From positions 9,005 to 73,004 of the forward strand of contig JAGCUK010000023.1 in the NCBI GenBank assembly GCA_017962925.1: a DNA stretch of 64,000 bases. Direction: 5' to 3'. Both the position numbers and the translations under genes were made by a program. Source of the stretch: Bacteroidales bacterium (GTDB lineage: Bacteria > Bacteroidota > Bacteroidia > Bacteroidales > UBA932). Below are positions 38,295 through 47,426 of this stretch, piece by piece (positions within the stretch are counted from its first letter, which is position 1; each line of letters begins with the position of its first letter). The notes below the pieces were generated by a model. It did no database searches, was not told the origin of the DNA, and saw only the letters and a program-made list of their open reading frames with translations.

Positions 38295-39224
38295 ATGAAA
38301 TTTTGGAAATATATACCGGTTCTGTTGGCAGTGGCTGTGATTGCGCCGGGCTGCATAGATGATTTAGATAACCCTATCGACGAGAATCCCGATGATGCCG
38401 TGACTATTACCTATCTCGGCAAGGGGTTCTTGGAGAATAAGACTATTTACGGAGACCTCTTCAGCATCGAGGCGGATGAGGACTTCATGTATGACTATCA
38501 GGTGGTGTCGAAGGGTGGCCAGCGGGGCAGCAATGTTCCGCAGATCGACGAGTTGTTCTCCGGCACCGGCACCTATGCCTGCGGGCTTCTTCCCGAAGGC
38601 AATTATACTTTCGTGGTGATGGAGAAGACGACGGATGGCAAGCACACCGGCGTCCGCTATACCAAGGATGTCGAGGTGGCCAGCTACATCTCCTACGAGA
38701 TGGACGGGGCCCTCTCGCCGCAGGCCGGATGGAAGGCGGAGTACATAGGGCGCTATCCCGATCAGGATGCGTCCGGCGCCACTATCTACTGCGACCGCAT
38801 CTCTTCCTCCGGCACCGGCAATGCCCTCTACTACCACGTGATCTGCCCCAGCGGCGCCATCAAATCCTCCGAAGATCTGCTCATGGCCTTCCGGAAGGGC
38901 GCTGGAGTGGATGATCTCCGCGGCGGCGAAGGGCTGATAGACTGGTACAAGATGATAGCACCGTCCTTCGGCTATCTCATCGGCCTCGACGGGCTGCTGG
39001 CCAAGGGAGGGAAGGAATCGGACAGTGGATATATGGACTATACCCTCGGCAGTCCCTCTACCGGCACCTTCGATGTCTATACGGTGGAGATGCTGCTGAA
39101 CGGGCATATCACCGGCCGCTATGGCAAAACTACGCTGGAAATCACCGGCACCCCTAATATCAAGGCGGTAGAGGTCGCTCCGTCCGCTTCCAGGGCACTC
39201 CGCAGGATGCAAATCAAAAAATGA
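38295..39224 (+). CDS. Hypothetical lipoprotein
   Basis: Lipobox APGC; host-like codon usage. Confidence 0.7.
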   Translation: MKFWKYIPVLLAVAVIAPGCIDDLDNPIDENPDDAVTITYLGKGFLENKTIYGDLFSIEADEDFMYDYQVVSKGGQRGSNVPQIDELFSGTGTYACGLLPEGNYTFVVMEKTTDGKHTGVRYTKDVEVASYISYEMDGALSPQAGWKAEYIGRYPDQDASGATIYCDRISSSGTGNALYYHVICPSGAIKSSEDLLMAFRKGAGVDDLRGGEGLIDWYKMIAPSFGYLIGLDGLLAKGGKESDSGYMDYTLGSPSTGTFDVYTVEMLLNGHITGRYGKTTLEITGTPNIKAVEVAPSASRALRRMQIKK

Positions 39225-39302
39225 GGATAAAATGAGGTTGTAATTAGAAAAATTTGCCTACATTTGTATGTAACGCAACTACAACCAATTTTATTTATAG
39301 CT

Positions 39303-39632
39303 ATGGGTAAATTTGTCATCACCGTCAGGAAGAACGGAGAATTCCAGTTCAACCTCAAGGCCAGCAATGGCCAGGTCGTCCTCACCAGCGAGGGCTACAC
39401 CACCAAATCCGCATGCCTCAATGGCGTAGAATCCGTTCGTAAGAACAGCCAGGATCCTACCAAGTTCGAGGTCAAGGTCGCCAAGAACGGCAAGCCTTTC
39501 TTCAACCTCAAAGCCAGCAACGGCCAGGTTATCGGCGCAAGCCAGATGTATGCATCTGAAGTAACCCTCAAGAAGGGCATCGCTTCTGTGGCAGCCAATG
39601 CACCCGAGGCACCCGTGGTAGAGGAAATCTAA
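39303..39632 (+). CDS. YegP/DUF1508-family protein
   Basis: Two internal copies of FNLKASNGQV. Confidence 0.92.
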   Translation: MGKFVITVRKNGEFQFNLKASNGQVVLTSEGYTTKSACLNGVESVRKNSQDPTKFEVKVAKNGKPFFNLKASNGQVIGASQMYASEVTLKKGIASVAANAPEAPVVEEI

Positions 39633-39654
39633 TTTCTGCGGTAAGATTGCAAAT

Positions 39655-39685
39655 AGCGGCCGGAAGTGATTCCGACCGCTTTTTT
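39655..39685 (+). terminator. Intrinsic terminator
   Basis: AGCGGCCGGAA-GTGA-TTCCGACCGCT followed by a T-run. Confidence 0.6.
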
Positions 39686-40832
39686 ACTTTCGCCAGCTTG
39701 TTATCCAGCCGTCATAGCCAAATGCTATGCCCATATTGATGGACCAGGTTGGCCCCAAGACTGCGGGCATGTTGCTGTAGGCTCCGTAGAGTTTGAAACG
39801 GAGAATAATTTCATCGTAGGAATTCTCCATCGGGAAATAGTGGCGGCGGATCTTGTAGTCGCAGGTTAAACCGCTTTCTACGCGAAGTCCGTTGAGGCTG
39901 GATGATACAGGCTCGCCGTTGTTCCACATGTCTCTTGGCAAGGTCTGGGAAACGCCAAGGACGCCCGCGCCGATAAATGGCTCGATGGCAAAATAAGGCT
40001 TGTCGATAACGCGGTAGCCGAGGTCGAAGGTGATAGATGCGGCTTCAGTGGACTGCCCGTTGAGCCAGTCATATCCGTTTTTGCTGATGCCGGTGCAATC
40101 CAGGTTGTAGAGAGACGTCAACCCCATATCCCAGGTCAGGAAGATCCTTTGCGAGAAGGGGATGTCGAAACCGAAATTGAAGAAATGCAGGGGACCGTTG
40201 CGCTCGGAGAGGCCGGTGAGAAGGTAGTTGCATGTGTATCCCATAAAGACGCCCAGGGCAAGACCCGTCTTGAATTGTATCATCTTGGGCGGCTCCGGTG
40301 CTTCCGGTTCTTCAGCAAGTTGTTCCTGAATCTTGGCGGCATAGTAGGCCACTACGCTGGAATCCCTGCCGTAGCGGGATTCCTGCTGGAAGGAATCCAC
40401 AGAACTGGAAAGGGTCCTGCGGTAGAACTCCTGAACCTTATATGGCTCCTCCGCGGTGAAAAGATCTTTCTGGTACTGTCGGCCGACCATCTCTGCCATG
40501 TCGAACGTGGTCTGGAGGTAGAGTTGCTGCTGCTTATCGAACTCTGAAATCACCACCCAGGAATTGAGTTTGTCCATGAAGGTGCGGACTCTGGGGGTCA
40601 TATAGATAAGATTACCTATTTTGTTCCTGTCGGAAATGGTTTCCCATCCATACCACAGATCGGATATGACGCCATTGGAGGCCGGGACCGTCCTTCTGGA
40701 GAAATCCGCAAGGGTCAGAGGACCGTCTTCCCAATACTTGATGCTTTCTTCGTATTTGGATTGTGCCGAAAGCGGGCTCTCCAGGAATGCGAGAATACCT
40801 GCTGTTAATAATATTATTAGGTTGCGTTTCAT
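39684..40832 (-). CDS. Secreted protein: DUF922-like N-domain plus outer-membrane beta-barrel
   Basis: Signal peptide; W..GPLT..DF, SWV, FD.AE; C-terminal amphipathic strands with EPFIGAG. Confidence 0.55.
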   Translation of the reverse strand: MKRNLIILLTAGILAFLESPLSAQSKYEESIKYWEDGPLTLADFSRRTVPASNGVISDLWYGWETISDRNKIGNLIYMTPRVRTFMDKLNSWVVISEFDKQQQLYLQTTFDMAEMVGRQYQKDLFTAEEPYKVQEFYRRTLSSSVDSFQQESRYGRDSSVVAYYAAKIQEQLAEEPEAPEPPKMIQFKTGLALGVFMGYTCNYLLTGLSERNGPLHFFNFGFDIPFSQRIFLTWDMGLTSLYNLDCTGISKNGYDWLNGQSTEAASITFDLGYRVIDKPYFAIEPFIGAGVLGVSQTLPRDMWNNGEPVSSSLNGLRVESGLTCDYKIRRHYFPMENSYDEIILRFKLYGAYSNMPAVLGPTWSINMGIAFGYDGWITSWRK

Positions 40833-40929
40833 GTTCGTTAGGGTTATTCTGTCTGTAGTGCAAAGATAATAAAGTTGAGCGAAAAAATTTTGCAGATTAA
40901 AAAATTCGCTTTATATTTGCAGTCCCGAC

Positions 40930-41002
40930 GCGGAAATAGCTCAGTTGGTAGAGCGCGACCTTGCCAAGGTCGAGGTCGCGGGTCCGAATCCCGTTTTCCG
41001 CT
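40930..41002 (+). tRNA. tRNA-Gly(GCC)
   Basis: GCGGAAATAGCTCAGTTGGTAGAGC...CTTGCCAAG...TTTCCGCT; TATATTTG upstream. Confidence 0.97.
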
Positions 41003-41003
41003 C

Positions 41004-41080
41004 AAAAAGCACTGCAGCTCCGCTGTGGTGCTTTTTTCGCGGAAAAGAGGCCGGCTAAAAATCGCTTTTTAGTCGGCCTC
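41004..41080. terminator. Two adjacent hairpins terminating tRNA-Gly and the convergent TA operon
   Basis: AAAAAGCACTGCAG...CTGTGGTGCTTTTTT and GAGGCCGGCTAAAAA...TTTTTAGTCGGCCTC. Confidence 0.65.
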
Positions 41081-41107
41081 TTATTATTAAGTGGACTTTG
41101 GCTCTCT

Positions 41108-41377
41108 TTATGACGTATAATGCCCAAAGGTTGAAAGTACAAGCACTTCAACTTCGGATTCCATTATGCGGTAAACAATTCTGTGTTCCTGAGTGATTCT
41201 TCTGGAGTATACATTTCCATCGTATCCCTTCAAGACTTCCACCTTGCCCGTTCCTGTCCTTGGGTGCTCCGCAATCTCCTTCAATAGTTTCGCGAGCTTG
41301 GGGATGGCATACGGGGCTTTCTGCTCCAACTTCTTCAGATCCTTCTTTGCATCTTCAGAAAAAACAATAGCATACAT
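41108..41377 (-). CDS. yoeB: Txe/YoeB-family toxin
   Basis: P..GTGK.E.LK, YSRRITQEHRIVY, GHY C-terminus. Confidence 0.92.
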   Translation of the reverse strand: MYAIVFSEDAKKDLKKLEQKAPYAIPKLAKLLKEIAEHPRTGTGKVEVLKGYDGNVYSRRITQEHRIVYRIMESEVEVLVLSTFGHYTS

Positions 41378-41378
41378 A

Positions 41379-41645
41379 TCAGTCCTCCGCAATCAATCGT
41401 CCAAGAAAATCACTCACACTTTCTCCGGCGTTCATCCTGTGGACTTTGCCGGCTTCATACTCCTCTATTCCTTTTCGGATTTTTGCATCGAGGCTGATAG
41501 AATCGATAAGAGTATCATCATCCCGAATAGGGACGAGTCGATAGTTGCCGCACGATCTTGATGTGATCACGACATCATTTTTGCGAGCCAGATCGAAATA
41601 CTTTCGCTGGTTCGCCCGGAATTCTCTGCTACTTACAACAACCAT
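41379..41645 (-). CDS. Phd/YefM-type antitoxin
   Basis: VSSREFRANQ.KYFDLA...V.I N-terminus; 1 bp upstream of the toxin. Confidence 0.85.
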   Translation of the reverse strand: MVVVSSREFRANQRKYFDLARKNDVVITSRSCGNYRLVPIRDDDTLIDSISLDAKIRKGIEEYEAGKVHRMNAGESVSDFLGRLIAED

Positions 41646-41688
41646 ATCCTTTATATAAATACAAACGCAAATATACGACTTTATTTGA

Positions 41689-41713
41689 TATGTGTGCCAA
41701 AATGGTACACATA
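41689..41713. promoter_or_regulatory. Palindromic TA operator
   Basis: TATGTGTGCCA-AAA-TGGTACACATA (one mismatch) upstream of the -7 element CAAATATA 41668-41675. Confidence 0.65.
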
Positions 41714-41739
41714 ATCATATAAAAAATACTCGGGCCATA

Positions 41740-42864
41740 TCAACGTCCATCTTTGATAATATCGATGCGGGTTATTGATAATTGTTTCTTAATACTGGCA
41801 ATTAGATCCCTGTTTAGCCAATATTTAGAACATGTGTTGGCATACTTTTGATTTGGGTTTCGTGGCGTCCCGTATTTTTTATATGCTTTACAGAATAATC
41901 CTGGCTCGTTCGGATTATCATCAACAGCATATTGGCATAAATGGCAGTTGTTTATACTACACCCTATTTCTAAACATTTTACCAGACCAAGCAGAAGTGT
42001 GTTTCCGTATCCTGTCCAATATATGTTCATCTCTATCAGAGATCCCTTGTCTGTTCCACCAAACTCCGGCAGCGGAGTGGCACATGAAATAATATAATTG
42101 TCGTAGAATTCGCACCTCCCCGCTCCGCTTTTATAAAATTTAAAACGATAGTATCCCAATCCAAGACTGGTCTGTTCTTCAAGGTGTTCTCTTCCGATGA
42201 TATATGGTTTAAAATTCCAAAACCTTACTCTTGGTTGCCCTCTTCGACGATCAAAGCCATCAAATCCCTTCTTAATAATAGTCTCTATATCCATTTCGTC
42301 CTCTATATCAAATTCTATCATCCTTAGACCGGTAGATATCTTATCTCTTGATACTGGATTTTTGACATGAACTTCTAATGCCAACGGAGGGATATTTGAA
42401 TGACTAGATGATAGTAGAATGTCCGCCACCTTACCTTTAACGGGAGCTTCCTCATTCACGGTATCGTAATAATTACGAAGATCTTCTCTCTGGGATGTCG
42501 TTACAGAACAGTTAGGAAGTAAATCAATAGACTTATCAACATATCGGTTTCTAAACTCACATTGATTCACCTCACTACAGTATTGAATAATCTCTCTATT
42601 GAATTTAAAATTTCCACTTCCATCGTTCCACGATTGAACCAGTCGTTTTTTTGCAAGTTTATGCAGATATGTTTCACTATTGCATGCAATATCTCCCTCT
42701 AGTCTTAAATGCGCAAAATGCGGCTCATTATGCTCGCCTATTCTAGCAACCATCGTCCCGTCACATCCTGGACAACGAAACCGTCTCCCACGATGTGTCG
42801 CCTTATCTACATCATTGATATCGATAAGTTCATCTTTTTCGCTGTAGGCATAATGGTAAAGCAT
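41740..42864 (-). CDS. CoiA-like Zn-finger plus PD-(D/E)XK-type nuclease (AT-rich)
   Basis: CPGC...HFAH...C.SETYLHKLAK; EE...ADILL...ALEVHV; Cys-rich C-terminus. Confidence 0.7.
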   Translation of the reverse strand: MLYHYAYSEKDELIDINDVDKATHRGRRFRCPGCDGTMVARIGEHNEPHFAHLRLEGDIACNSETYLHKLAKKRLVQSWNDGSGNFKFNREIIQYCSEVNQCEFRNRYVDKSIDLLPNCSVTTSQREDLRNYYDTVNEEAPVKGKVADILLSSSHSNIPPLALEVHVKNPVSRDKISTGLRMIEFDIEDEMDIETIIKKGFDGFDRRRGQPRVRFWNFKPYIIGREHLEEQTSLGLGYYRFKFYKSGAGRCEFYDNYIISCATPLPEFGGTDKGSLIEMNIYWTGYGNTLLLGLVKCLEIGCSINNCHLCQYAVDDNPNEPGLFCKAYKKYGTPRNPNQKYANTCSKYWLNRDLIASIKKQLSITRIDIIKDGR

Positions 42865-42948
42865 AGTATCGACCGCAAATAATCAAGATGTCAAAGATAT
42901 AACTTTTTCTTTCTAAAAGACAATCGATTATTTAGAATCGTCGCCGCG

Positions 42949-43220
42949 ACCTGGCGCGTTTTACCCTGTTTTCATGCAAGGTGGGGGGGGGCTCGGACCT
43001 TGCAAGAAAATGCGGTTTTTTGCCGCAGGTGGATGCCGGCTACGCCGCGGAATCCCGTTTTTCCACGGAATATTAGTTCAGGGTTTGGAGCAATAATGCC
43101 ACTATTCGTAGCCAATTCCCCTCTACGAAAGGAGTTTGGGATCGAAAAGGGCTAAAAACGTAGCAGGTCCCCCTTCACAACTTGGGGATGGGAGCAAAAA
43201 AGGCCTTAAACGTACCAAAT
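42949..43220. repeat. Cluster of REP-like palindromes and degenerate ~52-bp tandem units
   Basis: Inverted 34-bp ACCT...AGGT pair (42949-42982, 42997-43030); three units ending in CGTAGC/CGTACC. Confidence 0.6.
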
Positions 43221-43231
43221 GGTTGCCCACT

Positions 43232-44017
43232 TTACCCCAGATACTTCCCAAATCGCCGGTAGGCCCGGGAAATCACACCGTCACCCAGCAACGGGAGCAG
43301 GGGAATCAATAAACGGTTCCCGAAACCAGGAATAACCCTGGCCCGGCGGCGGAACATCCCCATCAGAGCCTTGTCGACAGCCCTTTCGGGAGTAATCATG
43401 AACCCCAGCCGCCGCAGCCATCGACGAGTCTTCTCCGAAAACCCGAAGAATGGAGTATCCACCGCTCCGAAAATGGCGGTAGTCACCGAAACCCCGCTCC
43501 CGCGGCATTCCAGCCGCAGCGAACGCGAATATCCCTTCACAAAACGCTTAGTATTCCCGTACATACCGATCATCGGCCAGTCCATCCATGCACAGACAGA
43601 GGAAATATTCAGCACATACCCCTTGCCGGCCGCCATCATTTCGGGCACGAACTCCCGGCAAAGCAGCAACGGCGTCGTGCAGTGCACAGCCATCATCGCC
43701 TGCAACCTAGCTGGATCGGTAGACGAAATCTCGGTAGTAAAAATGAATCCGGCATTGTTCACCAGCACGGACACGGCCGCACCCGGCGCGGCTTCCACCA
43801 ACGCCCGATGCACCTTGGCCGCGGCATCCGCCTCAGAAAGATCTTGCACTATGGGGATAACCGCCGAATTCCCGGCCTCCCTAATCTCGGCACAGAGCAT
43901 CTCCAGCCCCTCGCGGTCGCGATCAACCGCCGCAATGCCATAACCGGCCGCGGCAAGGCGGAGCACATAGATCCGGCCCATCCCGGAAGCAGCCCCGGTG
44001 ATCAGCGCAAACTCCAT
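43232..44017 (-). CDS. SDR-family oxidoreductase
   Basis: TGAASGMG, NNAG, YGNTK. Confidence 0.9.
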   Translation of the reverse strand: MEFALITGAASGMGRIYVLRLAAAGYGIAAVDRDREGLEMLCAEIREAGNSAVIPIVQDLSEADAAAKVHRALVEAAPGAAVSVLVNNAGFIFTTEISSTDPARLQAMMAVHCTTPLLLCREFVPEMMAAGKGYVLNISSVCAWMDWPMIGMYGNTKRFVKGYSRSLRLECRGSGVSVTTAIFGAVDTPFFGFSEKTRRWLRRLGFMITPERAVDKALMGMFRRRARVIPGFGNRLLIPLLPLLGDGVISRAYRRFGKYLG

Positions 44018-44029
44018 CGCAGTAAAAAA

Positions 44030-45034
44030 CTACAGCAATTGCGGCAGGAACGAAGAAACTATCAGCACCAGCAGACCCGCCACCAGCACCACTATAGTCT
44101 TGCGCGAGCACCCCTTCCATTCCTTGAGAATAATTCCCCAGACATTGGAGAAAGTAACATTGAGAGCCTGTAGGATACACCAGCTGAATGCCAGCAGCAC
44201 AGGGGCGCCTGCGAGGAAACCCTTGCCCAGGCTGAGCCCGAAGAACTGGCTGTACCAGAGCAGGCCGGCCAGGCAGCAGAACAGGATGTTATTCCCCCAG
44301 AGCGAGCCCTTGCCATAATCCGACCAGGTCTTGTTCTTGGAGTTCTGATAGAAGCAATAGACGGCGTTGGTGAGGAAGCCTCCGAAGGTGACGAGCAGCG
44401 TGGCGGGGAGGCTCTTGAAGATGTCCGGAGTGCCCTCCCAGGCGAGATTCTGCCCGAAGCCCAGGCCGATAGCGAAGCAAGCGCTCATGAACCCGGCGAG
44501 CAGCGCCACCAGTATCCCCTTGCCGAAATTGAAGTCCTTCACCGCCTCCTTGGCGTTGTCCCCGGCCTCTTTTGCCTTGCGTGCCCCGGCGATGCCGATG
44601 ATGGTGATGCCCAGCAGGGTGATGACCACTCCCACGATAACGGGCGCGGTGAGGTCCCCGGTGTTACCCGTGAATATGGGGGTGAGGATGGTGCCGAGTC
44701 CGGCGCAGGTGCCGAGGGCGATGGACTGCCCGAGCGCCACCCCCAGATAACGCATCGACAGGCCGAAGGTCAGGCCGCCGACACCCCAGAGGGCACCGAA
44801 GAAGATGGTTTTGAGGGATGCCGCAGGGTTTGCCGCATACATGGCGAAAAGGGATTCCCCGGACGGCACCGCCAGGAGTGCGCCCAGTAGAGGGAACAGC
44901 AACCAGGCGAAAACTCCCTGCACGATCCAGTAACTCTCCCAGCTCCACTGCTTGATCTTGTTGATAGGAACATAACTCGACGACTGGCAGAACGCGCCGA
45001 TCGCAATGATAAGAAGGCCGATGATAATCTTCAT
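44030..45034 (-). CDS. rhaT: L-rhamnose/proton symporter
   Basis: WSWESYW, GLTFGLSMRYLG.ALGQSI, LKEWKG. Confidence 0.92.
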   Translation of the reverse strand: MKIIIGLLIIAIGAFCQSSSYVPINKIKQWSWESYWIVQGVFAWLLFPLLGALLAVPSGESLFAMYAANPAASLKTIFFGALWGVGGLTFGLSMRYLGVALGQSIALGTCAGLGTILTPIFTGNTGDLTAPVIVGVVITLLGITIIGIAGARKAKEAGDNAKEAVKDFNFGKGILVALLAGFMSACFAIGLGFGQNLAWEGTPDIFKSLPATLLVTFGGFLTNAVYCFYQNSKNKTWSDYGKGSLWGNNILFCCLAGLLWYSQFFGLSLGKGFLAGAPVLLAFSWCILQALNVTFSNVWGIILKEWKGCSRKTIVVLVAGLLVLIVSSFLPQLL

Positions 45035-45128
45035 AAGAATCAGTTTTGATTCTCAAAGATAACAAACTTGACCCAAAATCCCTATATTTGTGTGGATAGA
45101 CCGATTATTAACACAAAATAACCATACC

Positions 45129-45908
45129 ATGAAAAGATTTTTTCTCATTCTGGCCGCGACCCTTTCGCTGGCATCATGCGCATCTCTCAACCAGGCTCGC
45201 CTGATGCAGAGCGGCGCAAAAGTCATGCAGGCCCTGCAGATTTCCGACGCCGACATCAAGGGCTATGTGACCCAGTCCGTAGCACAGCTCGATGCTGAAA
45301 ATCAGATCGTCACCAGCGGCAGCTACGTCACCCGCCTTAACCGCATCACCAAGGGACTCACCGAGGTGGACGGCACCCCTCTGACCTTCAAGGTATACAA
45401 GAACGACGAGATCAACGCCTTCGCCTGCGCAGACGGCAATGTGCGTGTTTACACCGGCCTGCTGGATGTGATGACAGACAATGAAGCCCTCGGCGTAATC
45501 GGCCACGAGGTCGGCCATGTTGCAATGCAGCACACCCTCAACGCCTACAAGATGAGCCTCTTCGCATCTGCCGCGATGGATGTTATCGCATCCACCGGAA
45601 ATATGGCGGCCGCCCTCACCGACAGCGTCCTGGGCCAGCTCGGAGAGCAGATGATCAACGCCAAGTATTCCCGCAAGCAGGAGACCGAGGCGGACGACTT
45701 CGGATATGAATTCCTGAAGGGCGCCGGCAAGAACCCCTACTACATGGCCATGGCTTTCGAAAAGCTGATGAGCAAGTCCGAGACCGGCACGCCCGCCCAG
45801 ATCAGTTCTGTGGCGAACCTCTTCTCCTCGCACCCCGACACCCAGTCCCGTATCGATCGCGTGAACAAGAAGGCTGAAGCGGATGGCTTCACCCGCCCCG
45901 AAAAATAG
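45129..45908 (+). CDS. M48 metallopeptidase lipoprotein (LoiP-like)
   Basis: INAFA, HEVGH, QETEAD, SSHP; lipobox LASC. Confidence 0.9.
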   Translation: MKRFFLILAATLSLASCASLNQARLMQSGAKVMQALQISDADIKGYVTQSVAQLDAENQIVTSGSYVTRLNRITKGLTEVDGTPLTFKVYKNDEINAFACADGNVRVYTGLLDVMTDNEALGVIGHEVGHVAMQHTLNAYKMSLFASAAMDVIASTGNMAAALTDSVLGQLGEQMINAKYSRKQETEADDFGYEFLKGAGKNPYYMAMAFEKLMSKSETGTPAQISSVANLFSSHPDTQSRIDRVNKKAEADGFTRPEK

Positions 45909-45916
45909 AAGAAACT

Positions 45917-46954
45917 TTATACCTCGGTGGCTCCTTCGAACTCCTTCAGGAAGCGAAGGTCGTTCTCGAAATAATGCCGCAGATCATTGACCTGCCACTT
46001 GAGCATGGCGATACGCTCGATGCCCATGCCGAACGCGAAGCCGCTGTATTTCTTACTGTCGATCCCGCTGGCTTCCAGCACGTTGGGATCCACCATACCA
46101 CAGCCGAGAATCTCCAGCCAGCCGGTGCCTTTGCAGATGTTGCAGCCCTTTCCGTGGCAGATATTGCAGCTCACGTCAACCTCCGCCGAAGGCTCGGTGA
46201 AGGGGAAGAAGGACGGGCGCATGCGGATCTGGGCGTCGGCGCCGAACATCTCCCGGGCGAAGAGCAGGATGGCCTGCTTCAGGTCCGCGAAAGTCACGTT
46301 TTCATCTATATAGAGACCTTCCTCCTGATGGAAGATGCAGTGGGCGCGGGCGGAAATCGCCTCGTTGCGGAACACTCGACCGGGGCAGATCACGCGGATC
46401 GGGAGAGGATACTTCTCCATCGTACGCACCTGCACGGAGGATGTATGGGTGCGGAGGAGAAGCGGGTTGAGGTGCCCTGCGGAGATGAAGAAAGTGTCCT
46501 GCATGTCGCGAGCGGGGTGGTTCGGAGGGAAGTTGAGGGCCTCGAACACGTGGTAGTCATCCTCAATCTCGGGGCCTTCTGCAACATCATATCCGAACTT
46601 GCGGAAGATATCCACTATCTGCTGGCGCACGATGGAAACGGGATGGCGGCTGCCCAGCTCGTACTGCTCGCCCGGGAGGGAGAGATCATCCCCGCTACCC
46701 TCGGCGGCACCGGAGGACTCAACGCCGGCGCGCAGCTCCTCAATCTTCGCCAGCGCGGCCTGCTTCAACTCGTTCAAAGGGCGCCCGAAGGCACGCTTCT
46801 GATCCCCGTCGACACTGCGGAACTCCTCGAAGAGCGCCGTAATCTCACCTTTCTTTCCGAGGAAGCGCACACGCGCCTCTTCCACTTCTTTCTCGGTCTT
46901 GCATTTAAGGGCGTTAAGTTCGCCCAGCACTTTCTCTATAATTTCAATAGTCAT
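45917..46954 (-). CDS. pheS: Phenylalanine-tRNA ligase alpha subunit
   Basis: HPARDMQDTF, LRTHTS, FPFTEPSAE, GFAFGMGIER. Confidence 0.97.
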   Translation of the reverse strand: MTIEIIEKVLGELNALKCKTEKEVEEARVRFLGKKGEITALFEEFRSVDGDQKRAFGRPLNELKQAALAKIEELRAGVESSGAAEGSGDDLSLPGEQYELGSRHPVSIVRQQIVDIFRKFGYDVAEGPEIEDDYHVFEALNFPPNHPARDMQDTFFISAGHLNPLLLRTHTSSVQVRTMEKYPLPIRVICPGRVFRNEAISARAHCIFHQEEGLYIDENVTFADLKQAILLFAREMFGADAQIRMRPSFFPFTEPSAEVDVSCNICHGKGCNICKGTGWLEILGCGMVDPNVLEASGIDSKKYSGFAFGMGIERIAMLKWQVNDLRHYFENDLRFLKEFEGATEV

Positions 46955-46958
46955 AATC

Positions 46959-47378
46959 TTATTTCTTTCCTTCCCGCTTGGCGGCACGCTGATCCCGGCT
47001 CTTCTTTGCCCTGCCGGCCCCCTGCTTGAGATATCTCTTCCACTGATCCTCATCCAGAATCTTATGGAATGCGTTGTAGGTATTCTCCTCCCACTTATCT
47101 GAAATCAACTGGTAGAGGTCGTAATTCTCGACACGGTTGACGGCGAGTTTGCGGCTCTCCTCCATCATCGAAGTATAGTTATGGGTGAGGATGGAATCCA
47201 CGTAGAAGGTCTGCCAGACTTCGAGATTCAGGCTCTCTTCGTATTTGAGAACCATGGTCTCGATATTATCGCGCATTTTCTTCTCTTCCTGCTCCGGGGT
47301 CATGGGCTGCTGCTGCGCCTTGACGAGCGTCGGCAACAGTATGCAGGCGAGAACGAGGAGTATGTGCTTTGTTTTCAT
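46959..47378 (-). CDS. Hypothetical secreted helical protein
   Basis: Signal peptide (VKA); IL...QW..Y C-terminal pattern. Confidence 0.7.
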   Translation of the reverse strand: MKTKHILLVLACILLPTLVKAQQQPMTPEQEEKKMRDNIETMVLKYEESLNLEVWQTFYVDSILTHNYTSMMEESRKLAVNRVENYDLYQLISDKWEENTYNAFHKILDEDQWKRYLKQGAGRAKKSRDQRAAKREGKK

Positions 47379-47426
47379 AACTTGCAAAAATAATCAATAT
47401 ATTTGTAACAAAGTATCATTCGGATT

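Noticed and set aside
39303-39632. Internal DNA repeat TTCAACCTCAA.GCCAGCAA.GGCCAGGT
   Set aside because: Explained by the known tandem DUF1508 domains of YegP
43081-43220. ~52-bp periodic units as a CRISPR array or small ORF
   Set aside because: Units are too divergent, have no repeat/spacer separation and contain no credible ORF
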